Under the pieces are notes generated by a model. The model worked only from the letters and a program-made list of their open reading frames with translations. It had not been told where the DNA came from and did no database searches. Positions 15,806 to 24,983 of a DNA stretch of 64,000 bases are shown in pieces (the first letter of the stretch is position 1; each line of letters opens with the position of its first letter). This DNA is from Clostridia bacterium (GTDB lineage: Bacteria > Bacillota > Clostridia > Christensenellales > CAG-917): the NCBI GenBank assembly GCA_017553325.1, contig JAFZMH010000004.1:95138-159137 (forward strand), given 5' to 3'. The position numbers and the translations under genes are program-made.

Positions 15806-17257
15806 TCAGCCACCGAACATGCCTTGGATCAAAGTCGGGAGCCTCAGTATAAACTGATAGAAACCTTCGACATAGCATATCACAAAGCCAACTATGCCGA
15901 AGATTGGGATTATCATGTCGATTGAGGACGGCTTGTGCGTACGCGTATACGAAAACAACATAATAAACGGTATGACCGCAACAAGCGTGACGCTCTTGCC
16001 AAAGCCGAGTTCACCTGCAACGGATGCGCCTGACATCAAAACTGCCGAAGCGGACTCAAGGCTCTCTGTTGCATCCACTCCTCCCGACAAGTGTTGACCT
16101 AATGCATAACTGAGTATGACATAGAGAATTATATCTATTATTGCTGTGACCAACATACAAACCGACGTCGCGATTGAAAAGTGCAATGAGTTGATGTTTG
16201 TCTTCAAAAACTCTCCATACTCCTCTTGCGTCTTGCCACGCTTAATAAACAGGCGCTCCCTGTTCTTGATGAAAAACGCCATCATGACGAAAACCATAAA
16301 CGTGAGCGGAGGTTTTGTCGTCAAGAAAGGAGATACGTAGAGTGGCAACGTAAAACCTGGTTTCATCACGCACAACAACTTCAATGTGAATGAAACAACC
16401 TCATATGCAACCGGCAACAGCGCAAACAGCCTGAATATGATGACTTTTTTGCCGACAAAGACCTTTTTGGGGTTGTAGTTGATAAAGAACGTGAAAAGCG
16501 TGCACAGCAACAAGTCTATAAAGATGTTGAATGCAAGGAACCCGCTTGACGAGAACAATTGGAAAATACCTTGGAAGGTTTCTGTCGAAGACACTCCCTC
16601 CTCGCCAACAAGCATATTCATTATTCCCAGCAAATAGCGCTGGTAGACAAGTGCAAACAGCGAGAAAATTATGAGGGACATGAAGACATACGCCCCAATG
16701 AGTTTAAAATAGCCGTTCTTTGCATTTATGATTATCGCAAAGTTTGCCATCAAGAACAGCGGAACCGATAACGTCCCCAAAAACTGCAGAAACGCTGTCA
16801 AACCCGTAAAATTCTTTGCGAGATTTGCGTCAAGTTTTATACCCAAATTGAGAATGATCGAGGCTTGCGCGGCAATAATACAGACCCACGCAAAAATCCT
16901 CAGCCATCTGTATGAAAATGGTCCGCGATATCTGATGTCGTTTGCAAAAGTGATGTCGCTGATTTTTCTTCTTTTGCGTCTGCGCTTCTTCTTTCCGTCG
17001 CCTTGTTCTGCTTCATTTATGGGTTCGGCAACTTGCTCGCAAGGTTCAGCGCCGTTTTCAAGCGAGTCGGAAATGTCCTCTATTTCGTGATTTTGAGCAT
17101 CAAAACCTTCGCCCTGTGCGGATTCGCATTCAAGGTTTTCAGTATTCTGATCGTCCAAAAGCGTCTCAACGTCATCGCAAGATTCCGGCTTACGATCATC
17201 GTCTTGCGGCGCCAAAGAGGCTTCCCGGTCTGTCGGTTTCAATTCTTCTATATCCAT
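15806..17257 (-). CDS. Polytopic membrane protein with an acidic N-terminal extension (unknown family)
   Basis: 483 aa. About 95 acidic residues, a KKKRRRKRRK patch, then about 10 hydrophobic helices. Starts 3 nt after the P-II gene stop, so it is in the same operon. Confidence 0.6.
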   Translation of the reverse strand: MDIEELKPTDREASLAPQDDDRKPESCDDVETLLDDQNTENLECESAQGEGFDAQNHEIEDISDSLENGAEPCEQVAEPINEAEQGDGKKKRRRKRRKISDITFANDIRYRGPFSYRWLRIFAWVCIIAAQASIILNLGIKLDANLAKNFTGLTAFLQFLGTLSVPLFLMANFAIIINAKNGYFKLIGAYVFMSLIIFSLFALVYQRYLLGIMNMLVGEEGVSSTETFQGIFQLFSSSGFLAFNIFIDLLLCTLFTFFINYNPKKVFVGKKVIIFRLFALLPVAYEVVSFTLKLLCVMKPGFTLPLYVSPFLTTKPPLTFMVFVMMAFFIKNRERLFIKRGKTQEEYGEFLKTNINSLHFSIATSVCMLVTAIIDIILYVILSYALGQHLSGGVDATESLESASAVLMSGASVAGELGFGKSVTLVAVIPFIMLFSYTRTHKPSSIDMIIPIFGIVGFVICYVEGFYQFILRLPTLIQGMFGG

Positions 17258-17259
17258 AG

Positions 17260-17643
17260 CTATGCCTGTTTGTTTTCTTCCGTTTTTTCCTCGGCTTCCG
17301 GTTCTGCATCAACTTGCGCATGGTTCTCATTTGAAGCAAGCCCAACGACATGGTCTACGGGAAGCGCAAACGCTATGCCCTGCCCCGGGGTGTCAAGTCC
17401 TACGGACTTGTAGAGCGCGTGAAGGAGTTGTTCCTTTATTTTGGACGGCACCAAAATCATGACCATCTCCTTTTCAGGCTGGATGAATATTTTGAAGAAC
17501 GTTTCCGCTTCCTTGTTTGCCGTACCCTTTGCGGTGATGACGGTTCCACCTTTTGCGCCGACGCTACGAGCGGCGTCCATAACCGCCTCGCTGAAACCGC
17601 TGTTGACGATACATACCACCAGTTCATGGTCGAAAGTTTTCAT
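17260..17643 (-). CDS. P-II family signal-transduction protein
   Basis: 127 aa with the beta-alpha-beta pattern LVVCIVNSGFSEAVMDAARSVGAKGGTVITAKG...MVMILV. ATGA overlap with the upstream gene. Confidence 0.7.
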   Translation of the reverse strand: MKTFDHELVVCIVNSGFSEAVMDAARSVGAKGGTVITAKGTANKEAETFFKIFIQPEKEMVMILVPSKIKEQLLHALYKSVGLDTPGQGIAFALPVDHVVGLASNENHAQVDAEPEAEEKTEENKQA

Positions 17644-18053
17644 TTTTTCTCCTCCTTTGCCGCCCTCTCGTTATTGCTCAAAAAGCCGTAGACTGCGACG
17701 CCTATAACGCTAGTCATCGGGACGGTATATGCAATACCCTTCCCGTTTTTGATAGTCTTGAATTTGCGGTCTATACTTGCCAAAACGTCCTTTATTTTGT
17801 CCTCTTTTATCACGCTGAAAATCACAGCTTTTTGCGCGTCGTCAAGCCCCAAAACTCGGAGCATCTCCGCATTTGCGGTGCCTTCCGCCCTTGCAATCAT
17901 CTGCATATTCACGTCGTACGACTGAATGAGGTCGACAAAGAACTCCGCCTTTTGTCTGTTTACGATTGTGATAAGCAGTTCGAGACGGTTGCTCGTGACC
18001 TTCTGCGTCGTATTCTTAGAGGACGATTTCTTTTTCTTCTTTTCTTCAGCCAT
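17640..18053 (-). CDS. P-II-like protein with a Lys-rich N-terminal tail
   Basis: 137 aa. LLITIVNRQKAEFFVDLIQSYDVNMQMIARAEGTA...AVIFSVI is a second P-II-type fold signature. Confidence 0.6.
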   Translation of the reverse strand: MAEEKKKKKSSSKNTTQKVTSNRLELLITIVNRQKAEFFVDLIQSYDVNMQMIARAEGTANAEMLRVLGLDDAQKAVIFSVIKEDKIKDVLASIDRKFKTIKNGKGIAYTVPMTSVIGVAVYGFLSNNERAAKEEKK

Positions 18054-18062
18054 AAGACCACC

Positions 18063-19637
18063 TCACATAAAGTCGATGATTTGCTCGTCGTCCGCGCCGA
18101 GCAGTCTCGTCATCACGGCGCGCTCTTTGACCTTTGCCGCCGCTATCGCCCTAAAGCCCAAAATCTGTATGGTTATAAGAGGCGTCATCGCCACCATCGC
18201 AACTATGCCGAATGCGGAATCAAGCACGTCCTCCGCGCCGTTAAGCGTCACGCAAGCGCCGATTGCAAACGGCAGAATGAAACTCGACGTCAAAGGTCCG
18301 CTTGCGACTCCGCCCGAATCGAATGCGATTGCCGTGTAAATCTTGGGGACGAAAAAGCTGAGTCCCAACGAAATTATGTAGCCGGGAATCAAATAGTAGA
18401 GCAATGAAAATTTGAAGATTATTCTAAGCACGGACAGCCCTATCGAAATGCCCACGCCGATTGACAATGCTATAAGCATTGAACGCTTTGAAATCGCGCC
18501 CTCCGTGATGTCCTCGACCTGCTTGTTCAAGATGTGAACCGCGGGCTCGGCGACGACGACTATCATGCCTATAACAAACGCGAAGACAATAACCGCCGCC
18601 TTGTGCTGTTCGGCAAGTTGTTGCCCGAGTTTGAAACCTATCGGCATAAACCCGACCTTGACCGCCGTGAGGAAAATAATGAGTCCGAAGAACGTGTAGG
18701 CAATGCCGATGAAAATCTGCGCCAGTTTTTTCTTTGCGACCTTCAATATCGTAAAGTGCAATATGAGGAAGAATACGACGATAAGTCCGAGCGCAAGCGC
18801 AACCTCGCCCGCCGTCTCGCCGACGATACCGCCGAACGAGCCGAGTTTTGACGAAATAGAATAATCGTCGAGCTCATAGCCGACTCCGCCCTTCGTAAAC
18901 ATGGACAAAATGAGCACCGCGACGATAGGACCTACCGAGCAGAGCGCGATGAGACCAAAACTGTTTTCGTTGGCGTTTTTACCGCCTATCGTGAGCGCGA
19001 CGCCCACGCCGAGCGCCATAATGAACGGCACGGTAATCGGCCCCGTCGTCACACCGCCCGAATCGAACGCGAGAGGTAAAAAACTGCCCTTGCAGTTTTC
19101 AAGCAAAACCGCCGCGAGCGAAAACATGACCATATAAAAGAATATGAGAATGAGAGAAAGATCTTTTTTGAATACAATCTTCACAATCGCAACTATGAGC
19201 AAGAGCGCAACCCCAACGCCAACCACTGCGATAAGCAAGATATTGTTGACGGGGACTTGATTTGCAAGTACGGAAAGATCCGGCTCGGCAACCGTAATCA
19301 ATATGCCCATCACGAAGCACGCGACGAGCAACATCGTCAAATTTCTCGATTTCGTGAGGCCTGAACCGACCATCTCGCCCATCGGCGTCATCGCCATATC
19401 CGCGCCGAGGTTGAAGAGCCCAATACCGATTATCAAGAACAGCGCGCTGACGACGAACGTGACGATTTCCGTGGTCGAAAACTCCGTCAACGGCGTCAAC
19501 GCAAGCACCAAAAAAATAACGACGATAGGCAAAACGCTGACGACGGAATCTTTGAATTTGCCAAGCAAAGACCTCGTCATCAGCACAAGAAAACCGTCTT
19601 GCATATTGATTTGATTTGCGTTCGTCTTGTTGTTCAT
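18063..19637 (-). CDS. DUF1538 family membrane protein (duplicated, fused two-repeat form)
   Basis: 524 aa with two homologous halves, each containing the ..AFDSGGV(T/A)(T/S)GP(I/L)T.. motif. DUF1538 genes are classically followed by P-II genes. Confidence 0.75.
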   Translation of the reverse strand: MNNKTNANQINMQDGFLVLMTRSLLGKFKDSVVSVLPIVVIFLVLALTPLTEFSTTEIVTFVVSALFLIIGIGLFNLGADMAMTPMGEMVGSGLTKSRNLTMLLVACFVMGILITVAEPDLSVLANQVPVNNILLIAVVGVGVALLLIVAIVKIVFKKDLSLILIFFYMVMFSLAAVLLENCKGSFLPLAFDSGGVTTGPITVPFIMALGVGVALTIGGKNANENSFGLIALCSVGPIVAVLILSMFTKGGVGYELDDYSISSKLGSFGGIVGETAGEVALALGLIVVFFLILHFTILKVAKKKLAQIFIGIAYTFFGLIIFLTAVKVGFMPIGFKLGQQLAEQHKAAVIVFAFVIGMIVVVAEPAVHILNKQVEDITEGAISKRSMLIALSIGVGISIGLSVLRIIFKFSLLYYLIPGYIISLGLSFFVPKIYTAIAFDSGGVASGPLTSSFILPFAIGACVTLNGAEDVLDSAFGIVAMVAMTPLITIQILGFRAIAAAKVKERAVMTRLLGADDEQIIDFM

Positions 19638-19896
19638 AGCTATAATTGAAAAATTGATGGGTTTATCGTATTTTTAGTATCGCACAAACTCGAACGACTG
19701 TCAACAATCAATGCAAAATAAAAAATATATGATATTTTTTTGCCTGAACTTCTCGGCTGTTGAAGCGATTTTTCGCGCTTCGACTTCCGTCCTATAAAAA
19801 AATATTTTGAAAAATGACGAAAACGCTTGACTTTTTTGTCAACAAATCTTAATTTGTTTGCGTACGAAAAATCGCGAAAAAATACAGCGGTAAAAT

Positions 19897-20856
19897 ATGG
19901 GCAAACTCTCTAATTTGAATTCACAACTGAAATATACACTCTATTATTTCCTACTCGTCGTATTGGCGTTTTCAAGAGCAATCGTCACGTACATTTTTGT
20001 CATATCTAACGGCTTTGCTCCCGGAGGCGTAAGCGGTATTTCTTCAATCATATACAACGCGGTTTTGCCGACAAATCCGCAACTTGCTTCAACGATTTTA
20101 GACCCGGGCATCACGACTCTCATAATGAATATCCCGCTTCTTGTAATCGCCTTTATATATTTGAACAAACGCTTTGCGTTCAACACTCTGCTCGTCGTTG
20201 CGTTGTACTCGGGTTTTATGTATTTGTTCGGCGCGGTGAAATTTCCGATATTCATCGCAAACGACAACGGTATGCTTCTTACCGCGTCCCTCACGGGCGG
20301 TGTCTTGAACGGCATAGTCTTCGGCCTTATGCTCAAAAACAATATGTCTATGGGCGGCACGGATATTATTGCAAAACTCATCTACAAGCACAACCCCGGC
20401 ATAGAGACGCATTGGCTGATTTTCGGACTGGACTTCGTCATCGCAATAGCCTCGGGCACGCTCGGCATACTGAAACTGCAAAGCGGTATAAGCGCGTCGG
20501 AAGGCTTGACGCTCGTCATGACGCCAATCGTTTTCTCAATCATTTCGATGCTCGTGTCCTCGCAAATCGCCGACCTCATCATGGCAGGTCTTCAATCGTC
20601 GCTCGTGTTCAACATCGTATCCGACAAACCAAATGAGATTGCGGAGCAACTCGTCAAGCGTCTGCATCGCGGAGTGACGATTTCGCACGGCATAGGCTAC
20701 TACACAGGCAAAGAGCACGAAGTGCTCACCTGCGTGACGTCCAAGCGTCAAATCAACAAGGTCAAAGACATAATCGCCGAAACGGACCCGAACGCGTTTA
20801 CGTTCATCACCAAGGCGCACGAAGTGCGTGGCAACGGTTTCAGACGATTTGACTGA
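19897..20856 (+). CDS. YitT family membrane protein (DUF161 plus C-terminal DUF2179)
   Basis: 319 aa. NGFAPGGVSGISSI motif, repeated TM core, and C-terminal GVTISHGIGYYTGKEHEVLTCVTSKRQINKVKDII. Confidence 0.8.
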   Translation: MGKLSNLNSQLKYTLYYFLLVVLAFSRAIVTYIFVISNGFAPGGVSGISSIIYNAVLPTNPQLASTILDPGITTLIMNIPLLVIAFIYLNKRFAFNTLLVVALYSGFMYLFGAVKFPIFIANDNGMLLTASLTGGVLNGIVFGLMLKNNMSMGGTDIIAKLIYKHNPGIETHWLIFGLDFVIAIASGTLGILKLQSGISASEGLTLVMTPIVFSIISMLVSSQIADLIMAGLQSSLVFNIVSDKPNEIAEQLVKRLHRGVTISHGIGYYTGKEHEVLTCVTSKRQINKVKDIIAETDPNAFTFITKAHEVRGNGFRRFD

Positions 20857-20876
20857 TATTAAAAAATAAAAACAAA

Positions 20877-20900
20877 ACAGGGCTCTGCCCTGTTTTTTTG
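20877..20900. terminator. Rho-independent terminator between convergent genes
   Basis: ACAGGGC-TCT-GCCCTGT followed by TTTTTTTG, preceded by an A-rich run. Confidence 0.75.
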
Positions 20901-20935
20901 TTTTGAAAAATCGCGTCTTAAACTGCTTGGCAAGT

Positions 20936-21679
20936 TTATTTTTCGTACTTTTGGAACTCGCGATTTCCCATCATAAACTGATTTGTCTCTTCAAGGTTTT
21001 CGCCTTCGAAATTGCGCTTGCGCAAAGGTTTTGCGGGGATACCTGCGACAAGGGTGAACTCCTCGACGTCTTTTGTGACGATTGCGCCCGTTGCGACTAC
21101 CGCGCCCTTGCCGATATGCACGCCGGGAAGCACTGTCGCTGCGGTATAGACCTTAGCATAGTCCCCTATCTCCACGCCGCTGTACGTCCTCTGCATATGG
21201 TCGTGCTCGCTGTGCGTGTGCGTAAAAATCGTCACGTTTTCCGTGAGCATTGCAAAGTCGCCCATCTTGACTCCGCCCTTCGCGTCGATATAGCAACCCG
21301 AATTCCAAGAGACGTTATCGCCTATCTCAATGCGGTTGGCAAAATTGAATTTGCAGTTTTCATTGGCGACGAACCCCTCCCCGCACTTTTTGAAAAGTTT
21401 CTTTGCAACAGCCTGACGGAGCGGTATCGCAAACTCGCAATTCATAGCGTACGGCGTCTTGTCAAGGCACTCCCATAGGATGTGTAAATTGCGCTGTTCT
21501 TCCGTATACGGGTACTCTTTTGCCAGCGGCATATACTCGTTCCACAATTTGAAAGTCGCAAGTTCTTCCGCGTCCATTTTTTCAAACCCAATCAAAAAAA
21601 GAGCCTCGGCGGCGTTTGCGGAATTCAGACCGCCGTCTATCAAATTGCAAATCATATTCAATCTTTCACTGCTCAACAT
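20936..21679 (-). CDS. Hexapeptide-repeat (LbH) acyltransferase, maltose/galactoside O-acetyltransferase-like
   Basis: 247 aa from ATG 21679 (GGAGG 6 nt upstream; the track start is TTG). Repeats IGDNVSW.., VKMGDFAM.., VEIGDYAKV.., VHIGKGAVVATGAIV. Confidence 0.75.
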   Translation of the reverse strand: MLSSERLNMICNLIDGGLNSANAAEALFLIGFEKMDAEELATFKLWNEYMPLAKEYPYTEEQRNLHILWECLDKTPYAMNCEFAIPLRQAVAKKLFKKCGEGFVANENCKFNFANRIEIGDNVSWNSGCYIDAKGGVKMGDFAMLTENVTIFTHTHSEHDHMQRTYSGVEIGDYAKVYTAATVLPGVHIGKGAVVATGAIVTKDVEEFTLVAGIPAKPLRKRNFEGENLEETNQFMMGNREFQKYEK

Positions 21680-21780
21680 ATATGCCTCCAATGCTCATTA
21701 AAACATAGTTCGATTTGTGCATATATTTGCAAAAACCGATGTTTATATGTGCAAATGTTCATTTTAAAATATGCGTTGTG

Positions 21781-22803
21781 TTATTCAACGGAGAAAACGT
21801 ATTTCGTTTTCGTCTGATACTTCCGCCCCGTTTTCAGCACCATACTATCAAACGACGGGACGTTTATCGCATTGGGATAACCCTGCGTTTCAAGGCAGAG
21901 CGCGGACTGGTAGCCGTACGTTTTCTTCCCCTTTACGCCGTCGAGGAAGTTGCCCGTGTAGAATTGAATGCAGGGACGGTCTGTAAATACTTGCATAAGT
22001 ATTCCGCTCTTGTCGCCGTGTGCGTACGCCTTAACGTCGTCCGCACTTCCTTTGTCCAAAACGTAGTTGAAATCGTACCCGCGCGCGACGTTCAAGAGCC
22101 TGTCGTCGCACTCAATATCTCTGCCCACTTTCTTGGGCGCAGTAAAATCGTACGGCGTGCCCTTGACGTTTAAAAGCTCGCCGTGCGGGATGAGTTCTCC
22201 GTCCACGTCCGTAAGGCATGAGGCTTTAAGGCATACGTCGTGTTCGAGTACGCTCTCAAAATCGCCGTTCAGATTGAAATAGGAGTGATTGGTGAGCGAG
22301 CAGATCGTCGTCTTGTCGCTCGTCGCCTCGTAGAGTATTTCGAGCGCGTCGTCGTTTAAAAGAGTGTAGGTGACCGCGACGGTCATAGTGCCGGGGTAGC
22401 CCTCCTCTCCGTTTGGCGAAATGCGACTGAATTTGATGGAAGACGCGCCGACGATTTCGGCGTTATACTCCTTTTTGTTGAAGCCGTTTACTCCGCCGTG
22501 CAAATGGTTGTTGCCGTCGTTATGCGCGAGCGAATACTCTGCGCCGTCGAGTCTGAACCGCCCCTTTTCAATGCGGTTGCCGACGCGCCCTATGAGCGCG
22601 CCGAAATAGCAAGCGTCCGACTTGTATTCGTCTTGGTCGTCATAGCCCGCCACGACGTCCACCAACTCGCCGTTCTTGTCTTTGACAAGAAGCTTTGAGA
22701 TGATTGCGCCGTAGGACAAGAGTTCGACGCGCATTCCGTTGTCGTTTTCAATCGCGAAGACCTTTATTCCGCCTGCAGTAGTCTTAATGAGTTCCGCCTT
22801 CAT
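21781..22803 (-). CDS. galM: Aldose 1-epimerase (galactose mutarotase)
   Basis: 340 aa. ..YFGALIGRVGNRI..G.F.LDG..Y.L..N.G.NHLHGG.. and HSYFNL motifs. Confidence 0.85.
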   Translation of the reverse strand: MKAELIKTTAGGIKVFAIENDNGMRVELLSYGAIISKLLVKDKNGELVDVVAGYDDQDEYKSDACYFGALIGRVGNRIEKGRFRLDGAEYSLAHNDGNNHLHGGVNGFNKKEYNAEIVGASSIKFSRISPNGEEGYPGTMTVAVTYTLLNDDALEILYEATSDKTTICSLTNHSYFNLNGDFESVLEHDVCLKASCLTDVDGELIPHGELLNVKGTPYDFTAPKKVGRDIECDDRLLNVARGYDFNYVLDKGSADDVKAYAHGDKSGILMQVFTDRPCIQFYTGNFLDGVKGKKTYGYQSALCLETQGYPNAINVPSFDSMVLKTGRKYQTKTKYVFSVE

Positions 22804-23989
22804 TCTTTTCCTTTATTGCGGGTTGTTTTTGTTCGCCACGCGTTTCCGCGCCCGCATTTTTGTATTTTCTCTTTTTGAAATTCCTGTTCTTGCGGTTGTT
22901 TTTTTGATTGTTCTTTTGAGGAGTTTTGTTCTTCTCCTTCAGACGGTCACCTATTGAGGACGGAGTGCTCTCGACGTGCGATACGCCCGTCACGACGGGT
23001 TCGCGCTTTTTGCCGACGTAGTCCCCCTTAAACGGATACGGCTCCACGTCGTCGTATTTGAGCCCCAAATCGCCTAGCAACTGCTCGAACGGAATTATGC
23101 TTATGCCCTTGTGCTGAGTCGCGTATACGTAGCGATAGCACTTGCTGGACTTGTGCTTGATAAAGATATTGCATTCGGCGGGGTTGTCGGTATACTTTGC
23201 CCCGAGTGCGACAAGTTTTTGAACAAGAGTATACATTTTGAGAGGAATGGTCCTTTCGAGTTTTGTGGCGAAACATATCTTTTTGCCAACGTAGCGACTC
23301 CTCTTGCCCGAGCTTTGCTCCGCGGGTTTGTTTTCGTTCCGCTTTTTCTCGCCTATCTCCAAAACCGCCGAGCAATACCATTTGTACGGCTCCGTGACGA
23401 AGCGTTTGACTACGCCGTTTTCCACCTTACCCTTTGAGAGCGGATACGCGTCCGCGAGCTGCTTTGGCGTCATCCCCTGCTCCTTGCAAATGCGGCGGAC
23501 AATCTCCATCGTGGTCTTTGCATCGTCGTCGCTTCTGTGGAGGTTTTCCGGCTCAATGCCGTAGGTTTCGGCGATTTTTTCGAGCGCGGTCCCCACGGGT
23601 TTGCCCTCGTTCAAGGTCTTGTATATCTGTTGCTCGTCAAAGAAGGAATATTCGAAGCAAGGTTTTTCGTATCTCTCGCAAGCGAGTTGCAAAAAGTTTA
23701 CGTCGTTGAGCACGGAGTGTCCTATGACGAGTTGTCCCTTTCTTTCCAAAATTCGCTTTATCTTTTCGTACCTCACGACGAAATTGGGCGCTGCGTAAAA
23801 CTTTTCTTTGGGATAGCCGAGTTGAATATGCGGTTCCCCGCCGTATCTTGCAAGCCTGAACGGCGCTTCGGGGTTTATCAAAATATCCTCTTTTTTGAGT
23901 ACGTTAAAATCGGCGTCGCAGAGCACGTAGCCAAAACTGCACATATGTCTGCCGTCCGAGCATTCTATGTCAAAAAACAGATAGTTCAT
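22784..23989 (-). CDS. DEDDh 3'-5' exonuclease domain protein with a BRCT-like region and basic C-terminal tail
   Basis: 401 aa. FFDIEC (Exo I), GHSVLNDVNFL (Exo II), HRSDDDAKTT (Exo III). C-terminus is rich in K/N/R. Confidence 0.65.
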   Translation of the reverse strand: MNYLFFDIECSDGRHMCSFGYVLCDADFNVLKKEDILINPEAPFRLARYGGEPHIQLGYPKEKFYAAPNFVVRYEKIKRILERKGQLVIGHSVLNDVNFLQLACERYEKPCFEYSFFDEQQIYKTLNEGKPVGTALEKIAETYGIEPENLHRSDDDAKTTMEIVRRICKEQGMTPKQLADAYPLSKGKVENGVVKRFVTEPYKWYCSAVLEIGEKKRNENKPAEQSSGKRSRYVGKKICFATKLERTIPLKMYTLVQKLVALGAKYTDNPAECNIFIKHKSSKCYRYVYATQHKGISIIPFEQLLGDLGLKYDDVEPYPFKGDYVGKKREPVVTGVSHVESTPSSIGDRLKEKNKTPQKNNQKNNRKNRNFKKRKYKNAGAETRGEQKQPAIKEKNEGGTH

Positions 23990-23992
23990 AAC

Positions 23993-24877
23993 TTATTTCA
24001 CTTCAACGAGTTCGTACTCTCTTGATCCAAAACCGTGTTCTGCCGCCGCTTCAATCGTGTGTATGCCATGACGTGATTCAACTCTTTCAAGAAAATGCTT
24101 TTGCCCCGGGTCGTCCGTTTGTGCATAGACAAGGTCTATGCAGGCTTGGTCAATCGCGATCGGGTCAAGCGATGCGAGTATGCCGATGTCCTTCATGCAA
24201 GGGTCTTCCGCCTTTGCCACGCAATCACAGTCAACCGAGATATTTTTCATGACATTGACAAACGCGATGTTGCCGCCAAAATACTTGACGACGGTGCTTG
24301 CCGCGTCCGCCATGCACTCCAAAAACTCGTCCTGCTTGGCGCATCTTGCCCAAAGCGAATATTGGTCGTCAGTCCTGCCCGCGCTGTGTATGAGCGACTT
24401 ACCCTTTGAGGACGCGCAACCGATTGAGAGTTGTTTTAGCGCTCCGCCGTAGCCACCCATCGGGTGTCCCTTGAAGTGGGAAAGCACGAGCATGCTGTCG
24501 TAGTTTTGCATATGATTGCCCACTCTGTTCTCTTTGAGCACTTTGCCGTTTTCGACGGGGAGCACGAGGTCTTCGTCGTAGTCGTCCATTATGTCGATTT
24601 CAAAGAATTCGTCCCATTTGTGCTCGTGCATAAGTCGGAAGTGTTTTTGCGTGGTATTTCTCGCTCCGCCATACGCCGTATTGCACTCGACGACCGTACC
24701 GTTCACGTGCTTTACCATTGGCTCCCAAAATTCGGGTTTCAAATAGTTTTGATTGCCCTTTTCGCCCGAGTGCAATTTGACTGCGACTTTGCCCTTCAAA
24801 TCGACACCCAAAAGGTCGTAGAGTTCAACGACTTTTTCAGGCGTTATCGTTCTTGAAAAATAAACTGTTGATGCCAT
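23993..24877 (-). CDS. DUF362 domain-containing protein
   Basis: 294 aa. VAVKLHSGEKGNQNYLKPEF.. and a DCDC-containing C-terminal half are typical of DUF362. Confidence 0.7.
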   Translation of the reverse strand: MASTVYFSRTITPEKVVELYDLLGVDLKGKVAVKLHSGEKGNQNYLKPEFWEPMVKHVNGTVVECNTAYGGARNTTQKHFRLMHEHKWDEFFEIDIMDDYDEDLVLPVENGKVLKENRVGNHMQNYDSMLVLSHFKGHPMGGYGGALKQLSIGCASSKGKSLIHSAGRTDDQYSLWARCAKQDEFLECMADAASTVVKYFGGNIAFVNVMKNISVDCDCVAKAEDPCMKDIGILASLDPIAIDQACIDLVYAQTDDPGQKHFLERVESRHGIHTIEAAAEHGFGSREYELVEVK

Positions 24878-24911
24878 AATCTATCTCCAAAATTTTTATT
24901 TTCGCATTTTT

Positions 24912-24940
24912 ATCATACTTGACAATTTGATAAATTGCAA
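24912..24940 (-). promoter_or_regulatory. Candidate promoter of the DUF362 gene
   Basis: On the minus strand: TTGCAA (24935-24940), 17-nt spacer, TATGAT (24912-24917). Confidence 0.5.
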
Positions 24941-24983
24941 GCGTATTTTATATTTTTAAAAGCAATTTTATTGCTTTTAATTC

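Noticed and set aside
15142-15852. Track ORFs 15142-15432, 15336-15614 and 15547-15852.
   Set aside because: They overlap the three tRNA genes, their promoters and terminators, so they are not coding.
24874-24890. Identical TTGGAGATAGATTATG initiation regions at three genes (24877, 28942 and 30885).
   Set aside because: This is most simply explained as a preferred SD and spacer in this genome. Related GGAGAT(A/T) sites occur at many other genes. It is noted only under the lipoprotein finding.
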